Below, piece after piece: positions 54,296 to 64,000 of a stretch of 64,000 nucleotides of DNA. A model generated the notes under the pieces. It saw only the letters and a program-made list of their open reading frames with translations. It ran no database searches and was not told the DNA's origin. Position 1 is the stretch's first letter. The number at the start of each line of letters is the position of its first letter. Source of the DNA: an uncultured Candidatus Poseidoniales archaeon. GTDB taxonomy: Archaea > Thermoplasmatota > Poseidoniia > Poseidoniales > Poseidoniaceae. The position numbers were made by a program, and so were the translations under genes. The stretch spans positions 42,509-106,508 of the forward strand of contig CAXGWS010000002.1 of NCBI GenBank assembly GCA_964013535.1. Direction: 5' to 3'.

Positions 54296-55051
54296 ATGGA
54301 GTCGAGTAATTTGTGGATAGAGTCATTTGTTGTTGGGGCTTTAGCCATGAGGTGTTCAGTGATTACAGATTTGTCTACCGGTGACACTGTAATAATCGAT
54401 GGCGGAGCAGAGGCATCAAGATTAATTTCATGGATCAATGAATTTTCTGGGCAAGGTCCAGATTGGTCTAACGGTCCTTCATCATTTGAACAACTAGGAG
54501 AATATGGTTTGAATTCAAGGACAGTAGTTGCATTGGTTAACACCCATGCACATTTTGACCATTCCGGAGAGATTCCAATATTGCTTGAAGAGTACAAAGT
54601 TAGTTGGTACTTACATAAGGATGACTTTTACTTACAGACCTTAGCACAAGCGTCTGGTAGACGGTGGGGATTTGAATTGCCAGAACCAGCAATTGCTGAT
54701 GAGTTATTGCATGATGGAATGGAACTAAATTTAGGCTCTTTATGGTTCAAGATTCTCCACACGCCTGGGCACACATTAGGTGGTTGCTGCATATTAGTTG
54801 ATGTTGATGATGGACCGGATCAATTGTTCGCTGGAGACACCCTGTTTGCGGGTTCTGTAGGGAGAACAGATTTGCCCAATAGTGGAGGTGATTTCAATCT
54901 ACTATCCAACTCGATAGTGACAAAGTTGTGGCCTCTAGACCCGGCAACCATTGTTCACCCAGGTCACGGTCCAACCACGACAATCGGTGTTGAAAAGGCA
55001 ACAAACCCGTATGTGGGCATAAATAGCCCGGCGCTAGGCAAGTATCACTAA
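54296..55051 (+). CDS. MBL-fold metallo-hydrolase (glyoxalase II-like)
   Basis: THAHFDH, HTPGHT, AGDTLF, GRTD, PGHG. Confidence 0.9.
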   Translation: MESSNLWIESFVVGALAMRCSVITDLSTGDTVIIDGGAEASRLISWINEFSGQGPDWSNGPSSFEQLGEYGLNSRTVVALVNTHAHFDHSGEIPILLEEYKVSWYLHKDDFYLQTLAQASGRRWGFELPEPAIADELLHDGMELNLGSLWFKILHTPGHTLGGCCILVDVDDGPDQLFAGDTLFAGSVGRTDLPNSGGDFNLLSNSIVTKLWPLDPATIVHPGHGPTTTIGVEKATNPYVGINSPALGKYH

Positions 55052-55984
55052 TCAGCCAAGTAGTCCGGATAGTGAACTGCTTAGAACGGGCAGGGCATCT
55101 TCCCATGTAGCAACTATACCGTAATCGGCATGCTGGAATATAGGCGCATCTGCATCTTTATTTATCGCTACAATATACTTGGATGAGCGCATACCTGCTA
55201 AGTGTTGTATAGCGCCTGAAATTCCAACCGCAATGTAGAGGTTTGGATTGACAGTTTTGCCGGTTTGACCAACCTGCATCGAATGTGGGATTTCGTCCCA
55301 AGTATCTACTGCCGCTCTCGAAGCACCTACTGCAGCACCAAGTTTGTCTGCAATCTCTTCGAGGTGACTGAAGTTTGCTGGTGTTCCCATACCACGGCCA
55401 CCAGAGATGATAATGTTAGCTTCTGAAACATCTAGCCTTTGTGAAGCCCTTTGGACCATTTCTTTCAATGCAGTTGCAACATTACCAGTAGTATCGATTA
55501 CTTGGACTTCGCAATTTCCGGTATTATCAGCAGGGGCAAATACGTTGGCTCTTACACTGATCGCAGTATTCCCGCTGACGCTGACATTTTGTATTGCTTT
55601 CCCTGAATAAATTGGTGTAGATAGAGTAGTTCCTTCAATTTCAATTACATCCTGTATAACCGATATAGAACGTCGTGCTGCAAGTCTAGCCGCCAAATCC
55701 TTTGATTGTGCTGATGCGGCTGTTATGATTATGCCACTGGGTGCTACAGCATCAATTGCCTCTGCCCACGCTGATGCGTCGTAATTAGCAAAGACATCGG
55801 ACTTTGCGGCGATTACTTTTGATGCTCCGGCTATGTTAGAGGCTTCATTTGCTACCGATGATTCGGTGCATGGGACTACAATTGTACAGTTTGAACCAAG
55901 TTTGCTGGCTGCTGTGACAAGTTCGTTGGTTGTGCTACTTATTTTTCCTTTTGATAGTTCTGCGATTACTACTGTTTCTGTCAT
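55052..55984 (-). CDS. etfA: Electron transfer flavoprotein alpha subunit
   Basis: SGGRG, VGASRAAVD, QVGQTGK, GISGAIQHLAGM, AINKD..APIF. Confidence 0.96.
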   Translation of the reverse strand: MTETVVIAELSKGKISSTTNELVTAASKLGSNCTIVVPCTESSVANEASNIAGASKVIAAKSDVFANYDASAWAEAIDAVAPSGIIITAASAQSKDLAARLAARRSISVIQDVIEIEGTTLSTPIYSGKAIQNVSVSGNTAISVRANVFAPADNTGNCEVQVIDTTGNVATALKEMVQRASQRLDVSEANIIISGGRGMGTPANFSHLEEIADKLGAAVGASRAAVDTWDEIPHSMQVGQTGKTVNPNLYIAVGISGAIQHLAGMRSSKYIVAINKDADAPIFQHADYGIVATWEDALPVLSSSLSGLLG

Positions 55985-55993
55985 TATATCACC

Positions 55994-56731
55994 TCAAATT
56001 ATGTTTGCCTCATCCCTCAATAGTTGAGCCACAGTTTGGGCGGCATCTCCGCCTTCGAATTTCTTACCAGCGGGTTTTGCTGGTGGCATTACCTGTGATA
56101 CGATAGTAACGCTTGATGCTGGTGGACTGACCGCTTTGACATCAACTTGAGCACGCTTTGCCATCATTATACCTTTGACATTTGATTTACGTACTTTGAT
56201 AGAGCCCTTATCGCAACTTACCACGGCAGGTAGGCTGACGTCAATGATAGCGTTACCACCCTCTGCAGGACTGGTCACCGTCAAACCGCCATCAAAACTG
56301 ATTTCGGTAACGTTGGAAACAGAACTCCATCCCAATCTTTCTGCAATACCTGGCCCGGTAGAGCCTGCGCCAGTGTCGGCCGCAGATTTGCCGCAGTAAA
56401 CAACATCATAACCACCAGAGGAGATCTCTTCTGCAAGTACCGATTGTAAACTGTTCGAGTCCATGTAGCCATCGGCATCTAGTCGGACGATGTTGTCTAC
56501 GCCTAGTGCTTTGACACCCTTGAGAACTTTGTCGGCACCCGCACCGCCTAGTGTGATTGCCGTAACTGTGCCACCACCAGATTCTTTGTGCTGAAGAGCG
56601 TTTTCGACTGCGAATTCATCATAAGGACTTATATCCATTTTAACAGTTGATAGGTCGACCATATCCCCTGCAATTTGTATTTTTGAATTTGTATCAGGGA
56701 CTTGTTTAACGAGTACAGCAATATTTACCAT
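55994..56731 (-). CDS. etfB: Electron transfer flavoprotein beta subunit
   Basis: VKQVPD, PYDEFAVE.AL, CGK.AAD, LPAVV, KGIMMAK. Confidence 0.93.
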   Translation of the reverse strand: MVNIAVLVKQVPDTNSKIQIAGDMVDLSTVKMDISPYDEFAVENALQHKESGGGTVTAITLGGAGADKVLKGVKALGVDNIVRLDADGYMDSNSLQSVLAEEISSGGYDVVYCGKSAADTGAGSTGPGIAERLGWSSVSNVTEISFDGGLTVTSPAEGGNAIIDVSLPAVVSCDKGSIKVRKSNVKGIMMAKRAQVDVKAVSPPASSVTIVSQVMPPAKPAGKKFEGGDAAQTVAQLLRDEANII

Positions 56732-56816
56732 GGTAACACCAATGTGTTCTCCTGTGGAACTCGATTGATGAACATTTGTATTCAAAGAGAAGTGCAAAAA
56801 GTTCTGTTTTGGTTTG

Positions 56817-57968
56817 TCATTTCTTGTTTATGATTTCCGTCACTTTATCCAGTAGTTCGGGATTTGATTCAAAGTGCTTGTCTATTACTTCTAAGCCTCT
56901 TGATATGCCATCTGCGACTCCGAGCTTTGCATCAAGCGGATGGAGTGTTCCATCCATGACCGCTGTTCGGAATTCCTCTAAGTTGGTCCATGTACTGGGC
57001 TCACCGAATTTGGGGTTTGGTGTAACTACTAATTCCCCGAATTCTGGGAAAATAACGTGTTCAGCAAGTTCGTAAATTGGTGAATTTTCGTCTTCTGGAT
57101 TTAGATAAGCATGCTTTTGCATTTTTTTCCTAAGTTGCTTGGGCTTGTCATGGATTAGTATTGCTCCACCGGGATCAGATTTACTCATCTTGTGGTCAAA
57201 ACTCTCCATTCGTGAGCCGCTCGACTTCAAAGAGGATATTATTGGGGTATGAAGACAAGTTGCTTTCTTCCAACCATACTTGCTTGCTACATCTCGCATG
57301 AACATGTGTGCCTTCCTTTGGTCCATGCCGCCAATAGCAATATCAATGCCTAATTCAAAGATGTCGCTTGCCTGCATTGCAGGGTAGAAGAATTTAGACA
57401 AATCGTGGTCTGAGGATGCTTCATCTCTACCCATTATTGTGAATGTTTTTCTAACCATAGCCAAAGTCGCACCTTTTGAACAACGAAGTACTCTAGCCCA
57501 GTAGTCCCCATTATCCATCAATTCAGATGCATAAGAAAATCTCAATTCACCAGGGCCTTCTCCCTCTGGTGGATAGTCGAGTAATGCTCTGAATGTTTCT
57601 TCCATGTACCGGGCAGTGAGTTGAATATTCTCCATGCTGCCGTTGAACTTATCGTTAATCCAAGCGTGCCAGTCCGCTAAGAAAATTAAGACATTAACAT
57701 CCGCTTCTAACATTCTTTTGAGCTGTAATGACAAAACTTTCCATCCAATATGCGCTTTGCCGGATGGTTCAAAGCCAACATAACACCGTAGAACTCCGTC
57801 ACCTCCGGCGCTCACTCCGTCTGCGATGCAATCTACCAGATAATCTAAACCGACGGTTTCTTCAACGCAACTAATAATTTTGTGAACCCTTTGAATTTGA
57901 GATTGATTCAACTCCCCAAGTCTCGGGCACCGCTCTTGATATTGAAGCATCATCTGTTCAATATCCAT
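56817..57968 (-). CDS. tyrS: Tyrosyl-tRNA synthetase (archaeal type)
   Basis: YVGFEPSG..HIG, ADWHAWIN, YPAMQ.SD, GGMDQRKAH, KMSKS, LHPLDAK. Confidence 0.95.
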   Translation of the reverse strand: MDIEQMMLQYQERCPRLGELNQSQIQRVHKIISCVEETVGLDYLVDCIADGVSAGGDGVLRCYVGFEPSGKAHIGWKVLSLQLKRMLEADVNVLIFLADWHAWINDKFNGSMENIQLTARYMEETFRALLDYPPEGEGPGELRFSYASELMDNGDYWARVLRCSKGATLAMVRKTFTIMGRDEASSDHDLSKFFYPAMQASDIFELGIDIAIGGMDQRKAHMFMRDVASKYGWKKATCLHTPIISSLKSSGSRMESFDHKMSKSDPGGAILIHDKPKQLRKKMQKHAYLNPEDENSPIYELAEHVIFPEFGELVVTPNPKFGEPSTWTNLEEFRTAVMDGTLHPLDAKLGVADGISRGLEVIDKHFESNPELLDKVTEIINKK

Positions 57969-57978
57969 GTGCAACACC

Positions 57979-58503
57979 TCAAAATAAATCATTGAGTTTC
58001 TTTACTTTCCCTTCAGAAGGAGCCTCTCCGTTCTCAATCATAGTTTCCAATTCGGCTATCATTGCGAATGCTTTTTCTTTTACTTCTTCGGTTAATTTTG
58101 TGCTCATTTCCATTGATTTATGTGCCATCTTAATTGCTGACTTCGCCTTGGAAAACTTCTTTGCTTCTTCCTTTGCTTTGTCACCTCTTTGCTTAGCATT
58201 GTATCCAGTGGCTTGGTCTAAGAATCCTGACCAGCGCTTGCGTGACTCCATGGCTTGTTCTCTACCGCCGTCACTGCCGAGAAAATCTCCGAGAGCCTCT
58301 CCTTTCAACTGTTCAACATCAACGACTAATTTTCCGTCTTTATCAAAATGTCCGCTGACACGAGTCAAAATACCGAATGACGCCGTGAATTCTCCATCGG
58401 AGTTAGCATTGACGCCATCAAAATATTCCGTTGCTAATTTAGCAAGTCCTGCATTTCCACCAATCTGTTTTACCAGCCCACGCTTTACTGAGAATTTCTC
58501 CAT
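57979..58503 (-). CDS. Conserved archaeal protein (DUF5611-like) with helical C-terminal extension
   Basis: F.VKRG at the start, ASFGIL, RKRWSGFLDQATGYNAKQR motif. Confidence 0.6.
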   Translation of the reverse strand: MEKFSVKRGLVKQIGGNAGLAKLATEYFDGVNANSDGEFTASFGILTRVSGHFDKDGKLVVDVEQLKGEALGDFLGSDGGREQAMESRKRWSGFLDQATGYNAKQRGDKAKEEAKKFSKAKSAIKMAHKSMEMSTKLTEEVKEKAFAMIAELETMIENGEAPSEGKVKKLNDLF

Positions 58504-58592
58504 GAGCATGGCCAAACCACCATTGAACATAAGGCTCACCGTCAAAAATGGTAGAAGAGAAAAGTTTTGATTGAGCACTTTGTGGACAACTT

Positions 58593-59789
58593 ATGCGAGT
58601 CAACTTTGTTTTGCCAGTATCCTTGATACTGATTCTTCTGCTTCCAATTGTGCTTGCAGAGAGCAAACAAGTCGAGTTATCTATAGAAACTTCGATTGCA
58701 GATTACGATGTTGGTATAAATACGGCTGCGATATCGCCTGATAGAAATACAGTGCTATTAATCGGTTCTGAAGGATATGTACACTTGATTTCGGCTAGAA
58801 ATGCCGGAGACCGCTCAATGGATGTCGAACTCAACAGCGCAAGAAATGATGACTTCAATGATGTTGCTTGGCATCCTAGAGGGGAAGCAGCACTAATCGC
58901 TGGAGATTTTGGTACTGCGATGAGGTATGAGAAGATAGATCACAGCATTACCATCGTAAACGGTACAGGCGCAATTTTGGGTAGAGATATGAGTGCAGTA
59001 GAGTGGCGAACTAGTGGTGATTATGCGTATTTCGGTGGAAAAGATGGTTCTGTTTGGCGGTTTTCTGAGGGCACAGGGTTCCTAAATTTAGGTAATGATG
59101 CCAACTCAGCAATTACCGGAATATCTTGCCATGGGAATTATGATTTATGCGTTGTATCCTCAATTTCTAACGGATTAGGCGTGATAGGGCCGACTCACAA
59201 TGTCACGTGGATAAGTGGAACCAAAACCGATACTTGGATTGATGTTGATTGTCCAGATGTTCAATTAAACGAATGTGTTGCATTTGGTAGTGGGTTGCGA
59301 ATGATTTTGATAGAACTCAACACCGTTGACCATTCAAAATCGACAGTTGGAGATATGGTTGAATATCGAACCCTTGAAGGGGATTTTATTGCCGCATCAA
59401 ATGGCTACGGAAGTACTTCAATCATCTACCTAGCGCCGTCCGGCACCGTTAGGTATGACCCGCTGAATGATGAAGCTAAGATTCAAATTTCATCGACTCA
59501 ACTTGCGGAATGGGATTCAGTGGTTGCAGGTCGCCAGATTTCATATGTCTGGGAGACGGGTTTTAACACCGGTTTCGTTATCACATCAAACGGCAACTTA
59601 GTATCGTTCGAACCGTACCAAATCAAGATAGAAAATACCATGTTAACAACAATTATTCTTGTTGCGGTTTCTGTTTCCGTGCCTGGTGTGATATTGGGAT
59701 TAATTTACATGAACAGTCCTTTCCTGCAACGAAAATATAAGCAATTGAGGAGAAAAACCAGGAAAAAAGAAACCTCCAAACGTAGTTAG
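58593..59789 (+). CDS. Secreted beta-propeller (WD40-like) protein with C-terminal TM anchor
   Basis: Signal peptide; AISPD, VAWHPRG, VEWRTSG blade motifs; TM followed by basic tail. Confidence 0.65.
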   Translation: MRVNFVLPVSLILILLLPIVLAESKQVELSIETSIADYDVGINTAAISPDRNTVLLIGSEGYVHLISARNAGDRSMDVELNSARNDDFNDVAWHPRGEAALIAGDFGTAMRYEKIDHSITIVNGTGAILGRDMSAVEWRTSGDYAYFGGKDGSVWRFSEGTGFLNLGNDANSAITGISCHGNYDLCVVSSISNGLGVIGPTHNVTWISGTKTDTWIDVDCPDVQLNECVAFGSGLRMILIELNTVDHSKSTVGDMVEYRTLEGDFIAASNGYGSTSIIYLAPSGTVRYDPLNDEAKIQISSTQLAEWDSVVAGRQISYVWETGFNTGFVITSNGNLVSFEPYQIKIENTMLTTIILVAVSVSVPGVILGLIYMNSPFLQRKYKQLRRKTRKKETSKRS

Positions 59790-59831
59790 GTTATTGAAGC
59801 GCCTATGTTCCCGTAGAACTGGGGAGAACGA

Positions 59832-61007
59832 ATGGAGCAATTTGAAGGGCTCGACTTTTACGACATTGAAAGCCTATTGACAGAAGAAGAAATTATGATT
59901 AGAGACATGGTACGGGATTGGGTAGACGAAGAAGTCCTACCCAAGATTGAACATGCCTGTGAGGAGGGTGTTTTCCCTGACGAGTGGCGAGTTGCTTTAG
60001 GCGAGATGGGTGTTTTAGGTGCCCCGCTCAAGGGCTACGGTTGTCCAGGTTTGTCGTATGTTGCATACGGGCTTATCTGTCAGGAATTAGAAAGAGGGGA
60101 CTCAGGGCTACGCTCGTTTGCCTCAGTTCAAGGCTCCTTGGCTATGTACCCAATTTGGGACTTTGGTACAGAGGAACAAAAGAATCATTATTTACCAAAA
60201 TTAGCTTCAGGCGAAATGGTTGGATGCTTTGGACTAACCGAACCGGATTATGGTTCTAATCCAGGTGACATGATAACCAAGGCTGAAGATATGGGTGACC
60301 ACTATTTGCTAAACGGTGCGAAGATGTGGATTACCAATGGTACAATTGCTGATGTTGCTGTAGTTTGGGCCAAACTTGATGGTGTAATCAAAGGCTTCAT
60401 TGTTGAGAAGGGCGATGAGGGCTTCAGCGCACCAGAGATGAAAGGCAAGCACTCACTAAAAGCATCAGTAACCAGTGAGTTAGTATTCCAAGATTGTAAG
60501 ATTCCAAAGGATCGTATTTTACCCGGGGTCAAGGGACTCAAAGGACCATTCTCGTGTCTAAATAACGCTCGATATGGTATCTCTTGGGGTGCTTTGGGTG
60601 CTGCTATGGCATGTTTCCACAGCGCTAAAACCTACTCGCTATCGAGAATCCAATTCGGTGTGCCAATTGCTTCATTCCAACTGATACAGAATAAATTGGC
60701 TTGGATGTTGAGAGAAATCACCAAAGGTCAATTGCTAGCGTATCATCTAGGCAAGAAGAAAGATGATGGCACGTGGTTCAATGAACAGATATCTCTCGCA
60801 AAGATGAACAATGTAGACATAGCTCTTGAAATTGCTAGAACTGCAAGAGATATTCACGGTGCCAACGGTATCTTGGACGAGTATCCTGTCATGCGACACA
60901 TGGCAAATCTAGAATCGGTAAAAACCTATGAAGGAACTCATGACATTCACAACTTGATATTGGGACGCTACATCACTGGAATTCAGTCATTTACCCGAAC
61001 TCAGTAG
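59832..61007 (+). CDS. Acyl-CoA dehydrogenase, glutaryl-CoA dehydrogenase-like
   Basis: ELERGDSGLRS, GCFGLTEPD.GS, GAKMWITN, CLNNARYGISWG, TYEGTHDIH; near etfAB. Confidence 0.9.
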   Translation: MEQFEGLDFYDIESLLTEEEIMIRDMVRDWVDEEVLPKIEHACEEGVFPDEWRVALGEMGVLGAPLKGYGCPGLSYVAYGLICQELERGDSGLRSFASVQGSLAMYPIWDFGTEEQKNHYLPKLASGEMVGCFGLTEPDYGSNPGDMITKAEDMGDHYLLNGAKMWITNGTIADVAVVWAKLDGVIKGFIVEKGDEGFSAPEMKGKHSLKASVTSELVFQDCKIPKDRILPGVKGLKGPFSCLNNARYGISWGALGAAMACFHSAKTYSLSRIQFGVPIASFQLIQNKLAWMLREITKGQLLAYHLGKKKDDGTWFNEQISLAKMNNVDIALEIARTARDIHGANGILDEYPVMRHMANLESVKTYEGTHDIHNLILGRYITGIQSFTRTQ

Positions 61008-61009
61008 AA

Positions 61010-62305
61010 TCATACTGACGGTAATAGACCAAGTCTTGCAAGACCATTCCACAGCGGGTCTAGTATTCTGGGTAACATTCTGTGCCTAACATAGACTGCA
61101 GCAGCTAAACTCATCTTCTGTAATTTGTTTAATTTGACGCGCTTAGTGAATACATCACCCTGTTCCTTCTCTATTTGGCGCAGGATTTTATCGTAAAATG
61201 CTATCATTGCAGCGGGTGAATATCTAGTTCGTCTTGGTAGGAGAGGTAGGAGTTGTCTTGCTTCCTCAAGATAGGTTCTAGCCCGTCTTGCGTAGTGATA
61301 GCAATATGGCTCCCAGGTTTTATTCAAGACGACTTTACCATCAAGTTCCGATTCTTGAATGCCATTTTTCTCCAATTCGTCTAGCGGGAGATAGACTCTA
61401 TCCCTTTCAATGTCTTCACCAACATCTCTCAAAACATTGGTGAGTTGCATAAAAATACCCCATGATTCGGCATACTTTTTGGCCATCGGATCATTGTAGC
61501 CATATATTTCGATGCACATTAAACCAACAACAGACGCAACGCGATAGCAGTAGTCATATAATTCATCGAAGGTCCGGTAACGATTATTGTAAAGATCATC
61601 TTCCATCCCGGAGATTAAGTCATCGAATACATTTCTTGGTATGCCATATCTATCGACGGTATCCTTTAGGGCGAGGAAAACCGGGTCAGTTGAGTATACA
61701 TCCGTGTAGCATGTTGACAGTTTTTTTCGGAAGAAAAACAACTGAGTAATCTTGTTCAGGTAGGAGTCTTGGTCGAGTATAGTTCCACGGTTTTGTAGCG
61801 CTTCTAATTGTTCGCGATAAGCGACTGCTTCAGGATCGGTTTGACCAACACTACCGGGAAATCTGTCGGCCCAGTCACCATCAGCTATGTCATCTGCCCT
61901 GCGGCAAAATGCATAGACAGCACACATTGCGAGTCTTTGTTCATCAGGCAAATACTTGAATGAGTGATAGAAATTTCCGGCCTCTTGAATAGTTAGTTTC
62001 TCACAGTACTGATACGCTAGTTTCAGTAATTCTTGTGGTGGTTGTTCTGACCAAATTGGAGCATCTAGATTTCGAAACGGGTCGACCAATTCGTTTTTCT
62101 CTGTAATGCCGATGAATGCGACACCTTCTCTGAGTGCTTCCATGGCGGTAACGCTAACTGCTTTGACAGCATCTCTCGCTAAAACAACACCAGCCCGTAG
62201 TCGGTCCAAGGTCGTTATTTTTTCTGATTCGGCATCGGTTTCTCTTGACTTTGCATTTCCTTGGAGGGGAAATAACAAATCCAAAGGTTTCCGGCGCTCT
62301 AGCAT
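61010..62305 (-). CDS. Phytoene/presqualene synthase family protein (CrtB/HpnD-like)
   Basis: NFYHSF..LP, YAFCRRADDIAD, YCYRVASVVGL, QLTNVLRDVGED..RDRVYLP. Confidence 0.88.
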   Translation of the reverse strand: MLERRKPLDLLFPLQGNAKSRETDAESEKITTLDRLRAGVVLARDAVKAVSVTAMEALREGVAFIGITEKNELVDPFRNLDAPIWSEQPPQELLKLAYQYCEKLTIQEAGNFYHSFKYLPDEQRLAMCAVYAFCRRADDIADGDWADRFPGSVGQTDPEAVAYREQLEALQNRGTILDQDSYLNKITQLFFFRKKLSTCYTDVYSTDPVFLALKDTVDRYGIPRNVFDDLISGMEDDLYNNRYRTFDELYDYCYRVASVVGLMCIEIYGYNDPMAKKYAESWGIFMQLTNVLRDVGEDIERDRVYLPLDELEKNGIQESELDGKVVLNKTWEPYCYHYARRARTYLEEARQLLPLLPRRTRYSPAAMIAFYDKILRQIEKEQGDVFTKRVKLNKLQKMSLAAAVYVRHRMLPRILDPLWNGLARLGLLPSV

Positions 62306-62442
62306 CGCTATCGAATTGCTGTAGTAGTTCTTCTTTTTTATTGCTTTGCAAAAAAGCATCAGTCTCGTTAGACAAAATAACCGTCTATTAATATCTCAAT
62401 AGTGTAATAATAATTTATGTAAGTAATTAATTACATGCATTA

Positions 62443-63471
62443 CTAATCTTTTAATGGAACATCTTTATTCTTTTCCAGCAACCTCTTAACCCCGCCTGGG
62501 ATAAGCAGCGCACGTAATAATTTTCTTGCGTAGGATTTTATTTCATCACGAGTGACTTTTATTCTATCTGATGAATCAAGGATATTTCCATCCCTCAGTA
62601 GGGTGACAGTTCTTTGTCCAATTAACACTGGAAGCATACAGGAGGCTTTGAGCCTAAACTGGGTTTCAGGAATCATTTTGATATATTCTACCGCTTCATC
62701 TAAATGTTCATTTGTCAAGTCTAAGTATTCGTCATATAGTGGTCTAAATCGATCAATGTTGCTAGCATCCATTAAGTCTTCAGGTGTTAAGCCGTGCTTT
62801 GATAATTCATCTCTAGGGATGTAACAACGGCCAAATCGAAGGTCTTCTGGTATGTCTCTCAAGATATTAATCATCTGTAATGCTTTTCCGAATCTAGTTC
62901 CTTTTTCGAAAAACAAATCCTGCCTCTCGTTCGGCATTGTAATTAAATGTGCTAATGACATTTTAGTCCAGAATACCCCAACGCAGCCAGCAACCCTGTA
63001 GGTGTAATCGTCCAACTGCTGATTATTTTCTAACGCAGAAATTTCTCCACCTTCTTTTGCTGTACCAAATCGTTCTAAATCTAGTACTTGTCCACCGATT
63101 ATAATCTCTAGACATTCAAGCATTCTTGCTTGGTCCCCCTCATCATAAACCTGCAATCCTTTGACAACATCTTCAACATTTTTGAGTAATTCAGCTTCAT
63201 GAGGATTATCTTGAATTTGGGCAAGGTGAGTAAAGTCAGGAAGTTTTTTTGAGCGAGCCTGAGCAAAATCATTGTAGCCATTGATAATTTTGAGAAGGTC
63301 TTGAGTATCACCTTGCTTAGAGTCTGCAATAGTATCTGCAACTCTAGCAAGAAGATACAGGAGGCCGATTTGTCCTCTTACTTTTTTTGGTAGATATTTT
63401 AGTGTTGGGTAAAAAGAACGCGAAGTGGTTTTCAGCAACTCATCAATTTTTTCGTTGATTAGTACCGACAC
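62443..63471 (-). CDS. Squalene synthase-like (FDFT1-type) head-to-head prenyltransferase
   Basis: TSRSF flap motif, YLLARVADTIAD, YTYRVAGCVG, LQMINILRD..ED...GRCYIP, SCMLP, IKVTR. Confidence 0.85.
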   Translation of the reverse strand: MSVLINEKIDELLKTTSRSFYPTLKYLPKKVRGQIGLLYLLARVADTIADSKQGDTQDLLKIINGYNDFAQARSKKLPDFTHLAQIQDNPHEAELLKNVEDVVKGLQVYDEGDQARMLECLEIIIGGQVLDLERFGTAKEGGEISALENNQQLDDYTYRVAGCVGVFWTKMSLAHLITMPNERQDLFFEKGTRFGKALQMINILRDIPEDLRFGRCYIPRDELSKHGLTPEDLMDASNIDRFRPLYDEYLDLTNEHLDEAVEYIKMIPETQFRLKASCMLPVLIGQRTVTLLRDGNILDSSDRIKVTRDEIKSYARKLLRALLIPGGVKRLLEKNKDVPLKD

Positions 63472-63660
63472 ATTATCCCTCCAGATTACGCCAAGAACAC
63501 ATTGTTATTGATGCTATGGTAGGCTATGATTGAGAATTTTTATGCTTATCTACTGGTCTAAATAAATCAATATTCTCAGGCGAAAACTAACTAATATTGT
63601 GGGGTAAATCATAGTAAGACTTTATTGGGAATCAACTCACCGTTAGGTTGAGGGGATTAA

Positions 63661-64000
63661 ATGCAGTGCGACTCTTGTGGCGAAGAGATACCAGCAGACA
63701 GCATATTTTGCCCGGAATGTGGTGCTAGACAAGACCTATCGAGAGCTGGTGGTTTTACAGCATCCAACTCAATAGGTCTATCAGGACAAGAAATCACTGG
63801 AGGTCGGAATTTTGGAGTAGTCTCGGGTGAGGCAATTCGACAGCAAAGAGAAATGTCTGTTTCAGATCCAAACGCCGTCTCGCCCGAATTGATGAGGCAA
63901 ATTGCCCAAAGCATGCAAAATCAGCAAAATATTCCACCAGCGGGTAATTTCCCACCACAGGGCTATCAAAATAATATGAATCAACAACCAAATGTGAATC
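63661..64000 (+). CDS. Zinc-ribbon domain protein with Q/N/P-rich linker, 3' truncated
   Basis: Translated by hand: MQCDSCGEEIPADSIFCPECGARQ...; GAGGGG SD; frame open to the window end; not in the ORF track. Confidence 0.8.
   Translation, partial: MQCDSCGEEIPADSIFCPECGARQDLSRAGGFTASNSIGLSGQEITGGRNFGVVSGEAIRQQREMSVSDPNAVSPELMRQIAQSMQNQQNIPPAGNFPPQGYQNNMNQQPNVN

Noticed and set aside
57992-58570. 192-aa plus-strand ORF (and similar shadow ORFs such as 20046-20591, 41399-41923, 49685-50260)
   Set aside because: Antisense shadows of well-supported genes, with no recognisable motifs.
62423-62434. 12-bp palindrome GTAATTAATTAC between the two synthase genes
   Set aside because: Lies in very AT-rich DNA where such palindromes arise by chance; no second copy noticed.

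Overview
Gene-dense archaeal chromosome segment with no obvious mobile DNA. Archaeal core genes (L10e, L37e, L44e, S27e, aIF2-alpha, Nop10, Hel308, Cgi121, RPA, class III pilin) sit beside bacterial-type gyrAB, mutS/mutL and E. coli-type purF, plus large PKD surface proteins. By inference this mix points to a Marine Group II euryarchaeote (Ca. Poseidoniales). I saw no CRISPR array, rRNA, integrase or transposase. One tRNA-Ser(CGA) is present. Two small ribosomal protein genes (S27e, L37e) and a truncated zinc-ribbon gene are missing from the ORF track. The interesting signals lie mostly inside genome-maintenance and translation genes: (1) a tandem paralogous pair of RecB/Cas4-type nucleases, each fused to RPA-like OB folds and lacking a helicase, downstream of L10e-ABCE1; (2) an ABCE1 whose normally invariant two-[4Fe-4S] cysteine pattern is rebuilt; (3) a small phage-tail/Mu-gp43-N-like gene heading a minimal Tad/type IV pilus assembly module after the RPA genes; (4) a canonical EF-hand on the GyrA tail; (5) a Hel308 insertion with a BRC-like FxxA motif and a PxWAxAA motif also seen in the MutL linker; (6) a PIP box on a bacterial-type MutS; (7) a triple-SAP protein; (8) a catalytically dead HemC-fold protein; (9) tandem squalene-type and phytoene/HpnD-type synthases. 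All family calls come from motif recognition by eye; no database search was run.
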